This document shows positions 15,401 through 26,500 of a stretch of 64,000 nucleotides of DNA, in pieces. The notes beneath the pieces were generated by a model that had not been told where the DNA came from, did not search any database, and worked only from the letters and a program-made list of their open reading frames with translations. The position numbers and the translations under genes are program-made. The first letter of the stretch is position 1. The number at the start of each line of letters is the position of its first letter. Origin of the DNA: Phoronis australis (Eukaryota > Animalia > Phoronida); contig NMRA01000066.1 of the NCBI GenBank assembly GCA_002633005.1, forward strand, positions 630,940 to 694,939, read 5' to 3'.

Positions 15401-18400
15401 TGCCTTTTAGCCAGATGACTCTGCTACAAAAACATATATTTCAACATTCCAAGAAAAGGCGTAAGTGTTGATTGCTGGCAGCCAAGCTCTAAGACCAAAA
15501 TGGGCTTAAAATAAAATCTACGCATTTGTAATTAATACAATAAAGAAACTGAACTAACAAGTATATTGTGGAAAATCAGGTTTGTGTAAAATACGGCGAT
15601 CTCAGTGAAAGGTTACGATTTAAATAAAAAGGATTAGGTACATCAGAACATTGCTTTAGAGCTACATGATAAAATTCATCAAGAATTTTTAAAATAGTAG
15701 TTTTATGGTTCTGCTAATAAGACTTAGTTACTGGACGTTTCTGATCACCTGCTGTACATTTACCTTGACGTTGTGAAGTTCAGAGGAAACCAATTACGCC
15801 TTGTCAACATTTCACATTCACAAACTCCGTGTTAGACATGCAACACAATCACGAAAGAAGCACCTTCACGAGGTCTATTTACTGGTTGGCACTCTTCTGT
15901 GACGTCACTGGATGTTTACGTGCCGACAACAGTCCTAGAATACATTTTCAAAACGACATCAGTACCTGAGCAATCTTTGTCGTACAGTAGGTGAAATCAT
16001 CCGAATTACCTGCTAGGCTATTGATGAATTACTTCTTTTACAGATGAGTGTCCTACAACAGGCCTCTCTCCCCCACCATCATTTCAGTCAACGAGATGTT
16101 TCATGGCCACTGAAGTTGGTAACGGAGAGATCTTTGCTTGTGTCCTTCCCAATGTTGAGTAAGTGAAGATCTTCAGTTTACCGATGATTACTTTTCAAAA
16201 TTTTGATAACTTTCCAGTTTACTGGCCTGTTATAAACGTTATTACGTTCACTAACATCCTGCATGAAGGTTTGTGTCATAAACCTAATGATTACACGATT
16301 TCTTGTGGTTATCTTTCATTTATTAAAACGTCTTTTCGAGACCAAATTAACCCCACTTCATCCCTCTTATAATTGCATGTGTACTCTTATTCATGTTTTA
16401 ACAAGTGCTGTGCTGTCTACAATCGTTCATTTTTTCAGATCTAGCTCTCCATCTTGCTCTAAGTCGGAGGATTTGGGTAGTTCCTGGATACGTAAGTGGA
16501 CGTCCTTGTGTCGGTTATTTGGAATAACCCTAGTTAAAACTACTACTGTCAGTGCCTTAGAACAGTTGATATCATTTTTAATTTGCTGCATATTCTAATA
16601 TCTGTTCGCCTGTTAATAGCAAAAAGTTGCCTTGTATACGATATGCATTAAACGTTCGACTGATTACTGTACTTTGTTGTCCACCATCCGGTGCAATGAT
16701 TTTTCACCAACCTGTGCCATCGCTAAAGTATGCATTTGAACGTCACAGTAGGTAGAAAGCTCAAATTTTCATTTCTGGACAATTTTGTAACATGTTGGGT
16801 CGCTTCGATTGTTCGAAGTTTCATCGTCCAAAGGTCGGATAGTCTTAACTGACGTTGTTTCAACAGACTCGTTGGCGTGTAGATTAGTCACGGTTAGTAC
16901 TTCTGTGTCTAAAACATCTTTTAATTCGAGCGTCAGCTAGTACTGGATACGTTTGGCAAAGAAAGTTTGACCACAATATACCCAGGGAACAAATTCGATA
17001 GGCAACTTGTTCTTCTCGTTTTTCAGCAATTGACGAAATCGTTGGCTTAATCACCTTTTACAACAACGCTACCGGAAACTTGTACGGTGTAAATAGAAAC
17101 AACGACGGTTACCTGTTGAGCAGTGACTTGGGAGACGAATGGGTCATGGTATCTGATGAGGTCTACACACAATCAGAAGCTGACGTGAGTAAAATACATC
17201 TTGAATAACAATAACTCAGAAAGAAGGCAAATATTGGTGTTATTTCCATGACAAATAAGAACCCCGCTTATCTTGAATGCATTTTAATGTCAAGCTTTCC
17301 TTGCCTCTATCAACTGCATGCAACATGACGGAAATGACGCGATTGGCATGAGTGCCAAGTTCCGCGTTCTGTTTCAGTGGGCAAACACTACAAATTGAAC
17401 TCTAATTGTACGATTTCCTCGAGTCCGCGAATGCTTTTGCTTTTGAAATGAACTGTGGAAATACGGCTTTTACGCAAACTACAACACTACACTAATGTTA
17501 CATGCATCGTTAACAAAGACTCTGACTAGGATTAATATTGAACTGCCGCTGTGATATAGGATTGTCTTTTCATTGAAAATAAGAATGCTAACTTTGGCTT
17601 TCCCTTTTTAGTACACCTGTGCACGTACATGTAACCATAATGTGGCCGGTCAAAATTGTCATGGTTGTATTAACGGGACATTCTCGGCTTCCTGGTGAGA
17701 AATATGACTTTACAGTAGTTAGCAGAACCGCGGACGCGAACCGTTTGGTTCCTTAGTAATAGTCAAAAGCTCTGCTGATGAGTTACATCCCATGTGTTAA
17801 GTTGCAGAACATTTTAAGCGTTAATTAATTAAACAAACAAAGAGGCCCGCATAAATTTCTGCGCATGTCTGGCAATTAAGACAATGACGATCATTGACAA
17901 TTTACAGAAAAAAACTGCAAAAACAACTGATGCTCTGTTATGTCTCTCCTTAAGCTAATATCTCTAAGACGTCTATCCCATCCAACAATGCGGTTTTTGA
18001 CCCTAAAACCAATAGTGTCCCTTCAACAAGACAATGCATAAGTCAAAAACTTGCTTTATTTCCTCCAGGTAATTTTGATTACTAAAATACAGATAGCAGT
18101 TTACTGAATGTTTTATGTGAAGTAAGTATTACATATAATGACGATTAAACCGTGACGCATCTTACGACCTACGAGAAATCTAGCAAGATGTTGAGCGAAC
18201 CACTTCCTGATACTTGCCTTGGACGTGATCTTACTGACACTGTTCTTTTTGTGAAAGCACACCAGGGATGCGATTCGTGCGTGAAAACGACATCGCGCAA
18301 GTCTTCGCGAGATATCCCCATGTACTACAGGCGAAGGCAAGGAAATGGTCACAAAAATTAAATCGCTAGTTGTTTGTATTAACTTTGGGGTTATCCGAGC

Positions 18401-20057
18401 GGAAAGTGCCAACTGAAAAAGACGCAAAGCAGCCGCTGTTGCAATGTAGCATAATGGTCTATGATTGAAATTTACATTCAATGGGCAATCATGATCTAGA
18501 AATTAGTGGGCATTTAAGAATGTCATATTGCGCAAATTTCTATGTGACAATCTTGATAACTAAAATGTGTTCGACTCCTTCCTTTTTATTTTATAAAAAA
18601 CAAGAAGGGTATCAGCAGTAAAATGTTAAAGACAAAAATTGACGGTGTTATTTTTGTGTAAATGTCAAAACGCAAAATTTGAGCCACTCAAAATCTAGAA
18701 AAAAACGTTTACCTCTGCCAACGCTAAGTGAACCCAGAAATATATTCAAAGCATTTCGCAGCTAAGTTAGTCTGTTTACAAAAGAAATTGTATTAAATTG
18801 AGATAGATTTTCAGCAATCCATGTTTTGACTTCACATTTTACTAGAGATGCCTCTGTTTAGGTGTCTGGATCCGAAAATCCCAACTCGTGGTCCGCCCTT
18901 GCTTTGCAGATTTGCAGTGAGCAAAGACCGAAATAAAAATATCGAAAATTAAAAAAAAAAACAATAATAAATTACAGTTGTATTGAATATCCTTAGTTTG
19001 TCGTGTTTTACTTTGTCGATTCAATGTTGTGTATGAAATGATCCCTTCGTCTTTGTAGTACAGAGTTGGCACCTATCACAATCATGTCACATTTGCAAAA
19101 TGGAACAAAACTCGGAACATAACTGCCACGGAATCTTCTCTTACGTATTAGTAATTCTTCATGTACTTTTTGCTAGTTGCAGTTGTTTGAACATTTATCA
19201 ATAGACCTAATAACTTTGTCACCAATTTTTGTTCACAGGCCCACATCACTTGCGTCGACTTCCCACTGAATACAAAGGAGACTGATATATACGCCCTCTT
19301 TAATAATTACGTAGTTCACTTGCCTCGTTTGCAAGTCTCTGTAGGTGGTAAGTACTCATTTTTTATGTTAGAGCGAAGACGTTTGTTACAAACAATGGAC
19401 ATGGCGCCACTTGTTTTCTATGTTGTAAAGTATTTGAAATACTTTACAGTCCAACTTCCATAATCTTTACATTTTCGTGAAAAAATTTCAATCGAAAAGT
19501 TCACACTAGAAGATATACGTAACATCCACCAGCATCGCTCTTTGCTACCATGCATGCAGTTAGTACAACCAATGGGATCATCTATAGTGCGGCCACCATA
19601 GGGAATACATATTTAATCTCCTACCCATTACGTCATTCCTGTTATATACGGGAACGGTGTCACTGGAAGATTTAAATTGTATTTCAAGTGCTTCATGTAT
19701 CAATCCCACAAGTAGGTCTCTATGCTATTCATGTCTCGTGCAAAAGGTCACTGGATCCACAACCTTTACGTAAAATCCTTCTCTAAGTTGATTTGCTGGT
19801 TTGCAACACTATGTATGCTGTTCAATGTAGTTGTGTAATACAATTTCTGACAAATCAATTGTTTTGTACGTACAGGCTGGTCGCATTCTTATAAACGATT
19901 AGATGTTACGTTATCTTTTATAGCCTTTCTGTGTTCCGTCAAACACTGTGTTACAAACTTTGGTTTTGCAGTAAACTGGAATGGAATTTTCGTTGTCAAC
20001 AGCAACTCTACGTATGCCAACACGACCGCTCCAGTAGTGAAGTGGGATGAGCTTTGA
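478..20057 (+). CDS. Large multi-exon extracellular/secretory-pathway protein, 5' end outside window: 5 tandem ~160-aa beta-rich repeats + a further beta-rich domain + F5/8 type C (discoidin) domain + 2 Asp-box (BNR) motifs, C-terminus KWDEL*
   Basis: Phase-consistent exons: 478-717, 3316-3558, 4573-4819, 5846-6111, 6284-6572, 7355-7551, 7974-8321, 8926-9069, 9719-10040, 10438-10699, 11410-11590, 11851-12076, 12520-12692, 13860-14012, 14530-14800, 16044-16158, 16439-16491, 17027-17184, 19239-19347, 19972-20057 (4083 nt, open throughout). Discoidin hallmarks: DCFDEFGVRSGQLQSCQVLAS...AWK...DYIQ...ITKFRLKYSMDGLQW...YVRFIP...RLEMYGC. Asp-boxes: SEDLGSSW, SSDLGDEW. Many N-x-S/T sequons. Confidence 0.85.
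2292..3209. mobile_element. Non-autonomous DNA transposon (918 bp) with ~260-bp TIRs and 9-bp TSD; AcademH-like or MULE-like
   Basis: 2292-~2550 is a near-perfect reverse complement of ~2950-3209, which produces the mirror ORFs 2298+ and 3203-. Termini TAGGCAATG...CATTGCCTA; flanks gcacctggg (2283-2291) and gcacctagg (3210-3218). Confidence 0.8.
4349..4392. repeat. Compound (AC)n/(GC)n/(AC)n microsatellite
   Basis: acacacacacaaacacacgcgtgcgcgcgcgcacacacacacac, intronic. Confidence 0.8.
5031..5254. mobile_element. Short MITE-like element with imperfect TIRs
   Basis: Ends catgcgcgcacccag ... ctgggtgagcgcatg. Internal motif ggcaaaaaggtccgcc...acaaaaagtccaag...gacaaaagtccac is shared with the copy at ~25330-25575. 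Confidence 0.55.
9290..9505 (-). mobile_element. Possible degenerate tRNA-derived SINE
   Basis: Minus strand reads gtggcctattggaataag...ggtcgtgggtttgactaccactgggg, resembling pol III A-box and B-box spacing; no intact cloverleaf. Confidence 0.3.
10719..10875. mobile_element. Short MITE (CAGGGGCGGATC...ATCCGCCACTG type)
   Basis: Terminal inverted repeats caggggcggat / atccgccactg; related termini at ~2009 and ~23883. Confidence 0.55.
15190..15710. mobile_element. Old foldback/MITE remnant with degenerate inverted arms
   Basis: tttcacggagatcgtcgtaattt (~15310) is the reverse complement of aaatacggcgatctcagtgaaa (~15590); weaker matches continue outward. Confidence 0.4.
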
Positions 20058-22607
20058 AAGATCACTGTGCTCGTACGTCTCGTGTTGAAGCTTCGCCCCT
20101 TCGCATTTTTGAACACTTACACAAAGTAAACCACACCGTTTTGAAGAACACCAGGCGGCGCTCGATAATCTGCTACCGTGCCCATGTTGAGTGTAGGCTT
20201 CAATCAAGGACACAAAGATAGTTTAGAANAGAGGCCCGCTTAATTTTCTGCGCATGTCTGGCAATTAAGACAATGACGATAATTGGCAATTTATAGAAAC
20301 AAAATACAAAACAACTGATGCTCTGTTATATCTCTTGTTAAGCTAATATCTCTAAGACCTCTATCCCATCCAACAATGCGTTTTTGACAGTAAAACCAAT
20401 AGTGTCCCTTCAACAAGACATTGCATAAGTCAAAAACATGCTTTATTTCCTCCAGGTACTGTAATTTTGATTATTAAAATACAGATAGCTGTGAAGTAAG
20501 TATTACATATTATGACGATTAAACCGTGACGCATCTTACGACCTACGAGAAATCTAGCAAGATGTTGAGCGAACCACTTCCTGATACTTGCCTTGGACGT
20601 GATCTTACTGACTTTCACTGTTCTTTTTGTGAATGCACACCAGGGATGCGATTCGTGCGAGAAAACGACATCACGCAAGTCTTCGCGAGATATCCCCATG
20701 TGCTACAGACGATCGCAAGGAAATGGTTACAAAAATTAAATCGCTAGTTGTTTGTATTTACTTTGAGGTTATGCGAGCGGAAAGTGCCAACTGAAAAAGA
20801 CGCAAAGCAGCCGCTGTTGCAATGTACCATAATGGTCTATGATTGAAATTTACATTCAATGGGCAATCATGATCTAGAAATTAGTGACCATTTAAGAATG
20901 TCAGATTGCGCAAATTTCTATGTGACAATCTTGATAACTAAAATGTGTTCGACTCCTTCCTTTTTATTTTATAGAAAACAAGAAGGGTATCAGCAGTAAA
21001 ATGTTAAAGACAAAAATTGACGGTGTTATTTTTTGTGTAAATCTCAAAACGCAAAATTTGAGCCACTCAAAATCTAGAAAAAAACGTTTTCCTGTGCCAA
21101 CGCTAAGTGAACCCGGAAATATATTAAAAGCATTTCGCAGCTAAGTTAGTCTGTTTACAAAAGAAATTGTATTAAATTGAGATAGATTTTCAGCAATCCA
21201 TGTTTTGACTTCACATTTTACTAGAGATGTCTCTGTTTAGGTGTCTGGATCCGAAAATCCCAACTCGTGGTCCGCCCTTGCTTTGCAGATTTGCAGTGAG
21301 CAAAGACCGAAATAAAAATATCGAAAATTAAAAAAAAAAACAATAATAAATTACAGTTGTATTGAATATCCTTAGTTTGTCGTGTTTTACTTTGTCGATT
21401 CAATGTTGTGTATGAAATGATCCCTTCGTCTTTGTAGTACAGAGTTGGCACCTATCACAATCATGTCACATTTGCAAAATGGAACAAAACTCGGAACATA
21501 ACTGCCACGGAATCTTCTCTTACGTATTAGTAATTCTTCATGTACTTTTTGCTAGTTGCAGTTGTTTGAACATTTATCAATAGACCTAATAACTTTGTCA
21601 CCAATTTTTGTTCACAGGCCCACATCACTTGCGTCGACTTCCCACTGAATACAAAGGAGACTGATATATACGCCCTCTTTAATAATTACGTAGTTCACTT
21701 GCCTCGTTTGCAAGTCTCTGTAGGTGGTAAGTACTCATTTTTTATGTTAGAGCGAAGACGTTTGTTACAAACAATGGACATGGCGCCACTTGTTTTCTAT
21801 GTTGTAAAGTATTTGAAATACTTTACAGTCCAACTTCCATAATCTTTACATTTTCGTGAAAAAATTTCAATCGAAAAGTTCACACTAGAAGATATACGTA
21901 ACATCCACCAGCATCGCTCTTTGCTACCATGCATGCAGTTAGTACAACCAATGGGATCATCTATAGTGCGGCCACCATAGGGAATACATATTTAATCTCC
22001 TACCCATTACGTCATTCCTGTTATATACGGGAACGGTGTCACTGGAAGATTTAAATTGTATTTCAAGTGCTTCATGTATCAATCCCACAAGTAGGTCTCT
22101 ATGCTATTCATGTCTCGTGCAAAAGGTCACTGGATCCATATCCTTTACGTAAAATCCTTCTCTAAGTTTATTTGCTGGTTTGCAACACTATGTATGCTGT
22201 TCAATGTAGTTGTGTAATACAATTTCTGACAAATCAATTGTTTTGTACGTACAGGCTGGTCGCATTCTTATAAACGATTAGATGTTACGTTATCTTTTAT
22301 AGCCTTTCTGTGTTCCGTCAAACACTGTGTTACAAACTTTGGTTTTGCAGTAAACTGGAATGGAATTTTCGTTGTCAACAGCAACTCTACGTATGCCAAC
22401 ACGACCGCTCCAGTAGTGAAGTGGGATGAGCTTTGAAAGATCACTGTGCTCGTACGTCTCGTGTTGAAGCTTCGCCCCTTCGCATTTTTGAACACTTACA
22501 CAAAGTAAACCACACCGTTTTGAAGAACACCAGGCGGCGCTCGATAATCTGCTACCGTGCCCATGTTGAGTGTAGGCTTCAATCAAGGACACAAAGATAG
22601 TTTAGAA
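17841..22607 (+). repeat. ~2.38-kb direct duplication (17841-20228 / 20230-22607) including the last two exons of gene 1 (second copies 21618-21726 and 22351-22436); probably a contig-overlap artefact
   Basis: Identical ORFs offset by 2379 bp; a single N at the exact junction (20229). Confidence 0.85.
18140..18650 (+). mobile_element. Interspersed repeat, also present at ~20515-21030 and ~58225-58745
   Basis: aaaccgtgacgcatcttacgacctacgagaaatctagcaagatg...gttaaagacaaaaattgacgg is colinear with the diverged copy at 58225-58745. Confidence 0.65.
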
Positions 22608-22625
22608 AAAAGTTGCTCTTTACAA

Positions 22626-22631
22626 TTTATT
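22626..22631 (-). promoter_or_regulatory. Candidate polyadenylation signal (AATAAA) for the JmjC-TPR gene
   Basis: tttatt on + strand, ~950 nt downstream of the stop codon at 23577. Confidence 0.3.
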
Positions 22632-23576
22632 ATTATATTGAAACAATTTCCCGAGACGCATGTGTAACGACACGTATAAGGCTACCATTGTAACAATACA
22701 TAGATAGACGTTCAAGGTTTTTTAACTATGGTGCACTTGTTCAACTCTACCATTGTGCTATTTCCTAATACATGTACGATGATTGTGTTATCGTCAAAAT
22801 ATAAGGAAACTTCTCATAGGCACGTTTTCGTCTTATTTTGTAACCGTGCTTGTGTCATTGCTGTTCTCCGGTATATTAGAAAATACACTCTGAGGAAAGT
22901 AAACGTTACTGGGGGAATGAGGTGTAGACATTATGAACGTTAACTTTGCCTTTCGTCAACACGGTCGACACAAACAAATGTCACAACATTCGGTCGCTAA
23001 CATTTCCCACCACTTTTCTGGGTAGTCACAACGTTCAAAACTGTCCGCAGTGGCAACCTTAGAGCTGCTAATTAGTGCGAAGGACAAGTGCGTCCCGCCT
23101 CCTACGCTCATACTAACAAGCTGTATGGTGCGAACGCATGTGTATCTTTAACTCCAAAGGTACACCACTTGCGGTGCCTCTACGCACTACGCATATAAAG
23201 TAACTTCTAGTTCCTTATAGAAGAAATTGTCAAACAACGATAATTTCTGCCAATTTCGTCCATACCAAAGGTCAGTTTTTAGGAAATGGAAACGGAATTT
23301 TCAAAGAAGCAACAAACTCAATCTCGACGGTTTAAGAGCGTCAGATTTCGTTAGGGATGACGTATCGAATCTCCGGTTGCTCATACCTGTAGGTGTCGTG
23401 TGCGTCTGTTCCATTGCCAGTTTTTCAAGATGGGGAAATCAGGAATGTATCAAGAGCAGCAGCAGATCTCTTAACAACGAAAGAAATGTTTCACTAAAAC
23501 TTCACGCATTAATTTGCAGTTATTCGCTCCTCCAAGGTCCTTTCTTCAGCCCAAACCTTTTTACTACTGTAACGTG

Positions 23577-26500
23577 TCACAGCTCGGAAGACCGTCGTGT
23601 GTTCTGGCGTTCGTTCAACAGTTTGGTGGATTTTCCTGCTGCCGTTATCTTGTTCAGCACTTCTTCCAAATCCGGCCTGAGCGCGTACGCCTTGAATAAA
23701 ATTGACAAAGCTGATTGCATTCCCATTCGTAGTAATCACAGACCGCTATGGAAGACCCCTAGGCTTAGCCAACGTTAACATGGTCTTATCACAACGTTTT
23801 AAGGATTCTGGACACTGTCGCATTTTCGTGAATGATAATGTTTCATTTTTGACACAAACAACGTTGTATTTCCTATCACGTGCAGAGGCGGATCTACAGG
23901 GGGGGCTCATTGGGTTCAAGCCCCCCCCTCGGGACAGAATCAAAAATAAAAATTAAAATAAATTTCGCCAGAAAAAATGAAATCAGCTGCTAAAAACCAC
24001 AAAAAATGTTACCCGAGAGGAGGGAAACCCCCTCCCAACCTTCCTTTCGCTCGGTGCTACGCGCCTCGGACAAAACCGCAGCTACTTTTACACCTAATTT
24101 TTCTTCTCGACTTTTGCAATATCTTACACGATATTTGAAAAATATTCACTTTTTCTTTTAAAATACTGCAATAGAGGTAGTTTTACACTACCTCCAAAAA
24201 CTGGTCCAGAGCAGCAGGCACGTTATCCTGCCGCGTAAGAAATTCTCCATATTCCAGGTACACTGCGGAACCAGGTTTTTGCTTCAAAGCTCTTTTGAAA
24301 ATCTTTGAAGCCTCTTTAACACGACCTTGCTGAAAACACAAACAACAAAATCAAACTTACAACAAGGTCATTTTGTACCTTTGATTAACATTTTGTAAAA
24401 AATTACAAAATATTTATAAAGAAAGTTTTGTAAAATGTTCCAGTTACAAATAGTAGCATGACAACAAACTCTTAATCACACCACAATGGCGTGTCTCCAC
24501 GTGACCAGAGTTCAGTGTAAAGTTCAATAAAAGTCTCGCTGCGAGAAAATACGATATCTCTTGCTTTTGGAGCGAGATATTTGCGTTACTAAACACCTTA
24601 CAGTTGAGCAATGTGAGATTTTTTTTGAACTGAGGATTTTTGAAATAAGCATTGCGAAAATATTAGAGAGTGGTAATGTTTATACACACGAACATTTGAA
24701 CAGAAATTACCCTCTCCTTTGTCTTTGCTAGAGTAGTGCACGCTCTTGTGTTGTAAGGATCCATGAGCAAAATTTGGCTTAGTATGTTAATTGCACCTGT
24801 GGAGTTCCCAGTCACGTACTCGTATTCAGCTAACATATTCATGACTTCTGTGTTTCCTAAAACAATGCAGTGGGCAGTTGTAAAACATACTCCTGTGGTA
24901 GTACGATAACCGGATCAAGTAACCTTGCAAAGTCTCTTGGCAGTAAATTTGAGACATTTTTTTGATGTGCTGAGTTGATGCATGCCAATGGGTAGGCATA
25001 TTTCTGAATTCAACATGGCCGACAGAATGGCCACATTTGATCATAACTTTCTATCTCAATACAGTAGGAAAGGGCCTGATAAAAATTCTTGTATTTTCAA
25101 TGTCAAGTCGTCTAATGCTGTAGTTATTTTATCAACTGGAAATATAAAGAACGCTAAAAAATTCAAACTTAGATCAATACCACAAAATGTGCGTCTATTG
25201 ATAAGCGTATGTGTTGTATGAATGTGTGTGAGCGCGTGTGTGTGTAAGGATACTTGTACATGTTTCCACAGCTCTGAAAGATTAAACGATCCTAGTGGGT
25301 CCAGCGTTTAATTACAACGGAAACACGAACACGCGGGGGGCTCTCACGAGCACCCTAATTTGGCGAATTGGGCAAAAAGGTCCGCCTCAGCGAAACAAAA
25401 AGTCCAAGTAAACGAGACAAAAGTCCACAAAATTCACGGGAAGTCGGCGCGGATGCAAGGTACGTCGGCCTGAACCTAGTGTCCCCGTTTTGTTTAGTCC
25501 TCGTGGATTTCTTTCAGTAAAAGGACCGCTTACCGAAAAATTTGAGCCCCCTACATTTTAGGCTGGATGCGTGCAAGTTTTACTCAAGAGTCGAGAGCTT
25601 CATTCGTGAGAGGACTAGCTCGTTGGGGAATAAATGCATCCGGTCCTCTGTGAGCTCAGTAATGCCCGGTGCTTCGTTTTAAGCAGAAATTCCATGTGTC
25701 ATTTTCCTCTACATGCACATGTAAGTAACCGTTGACAACCAACATATGTTCGAAGGTGAAGACATTCAGGTAACCTTGTTGACTGAGTTTTTGCATTGCA
25801 TCCATAGATGACAACTTAATCTTTACGACACGTGGGTGGGCAAGAGGGTTGATTGACCATTGGAAACTTGTCAAGCTATTAGTTGAATAGGATCGCAACA
25901 TCGATTAAAGCACAGATAGACACCAGTTTCAGGCAAGCACTGTGACTGCCGTCCTTTGGAGACTGGCGAATGCGTCACTGGTTCCACGTCTTTGCTGCCA
26001 GTTCAGTGTTCATAGTATTGCTGATACGACGACTACGCCAGTTGTGGGTCAGACGGTTAGGCGTTTCGACACTTCCTACAGTAAAAGATTTTTTAGCTGC
26101 GAATTTCCACTCGCTATTTCCATTCTTCCTTCGAAGTGTGTAATTGACGAGGTATGTGGTTACGTCACACATCAAGATGTGCTGGCTCACCGTAAGAATG
26201 GCAATTGTCCGAACATAAGCCGCAGACAGATTTTATACCAAAAAACAAGCAAGTGCAGTTGCCTGTTTTTCCGAAGTGAAGTGCAAATCCACGAAGACGT
26301 GGCGCGTAAAATATTCTCAGTTGATCAGCACCAATCTCAAGTGCTTTGATTTAGTTTAGTGATGTTCGTAACTAACATAAATTATTATTATACTTTTAAA
26401 AATTCCCTATGTTACTGTTGAACCAGGGAAAGTAACTCTTATGGTAATTAGCTCTATATGTTGGCCGTAGCAGTGCAGTCCAGCATGTGATACCGTTGGA

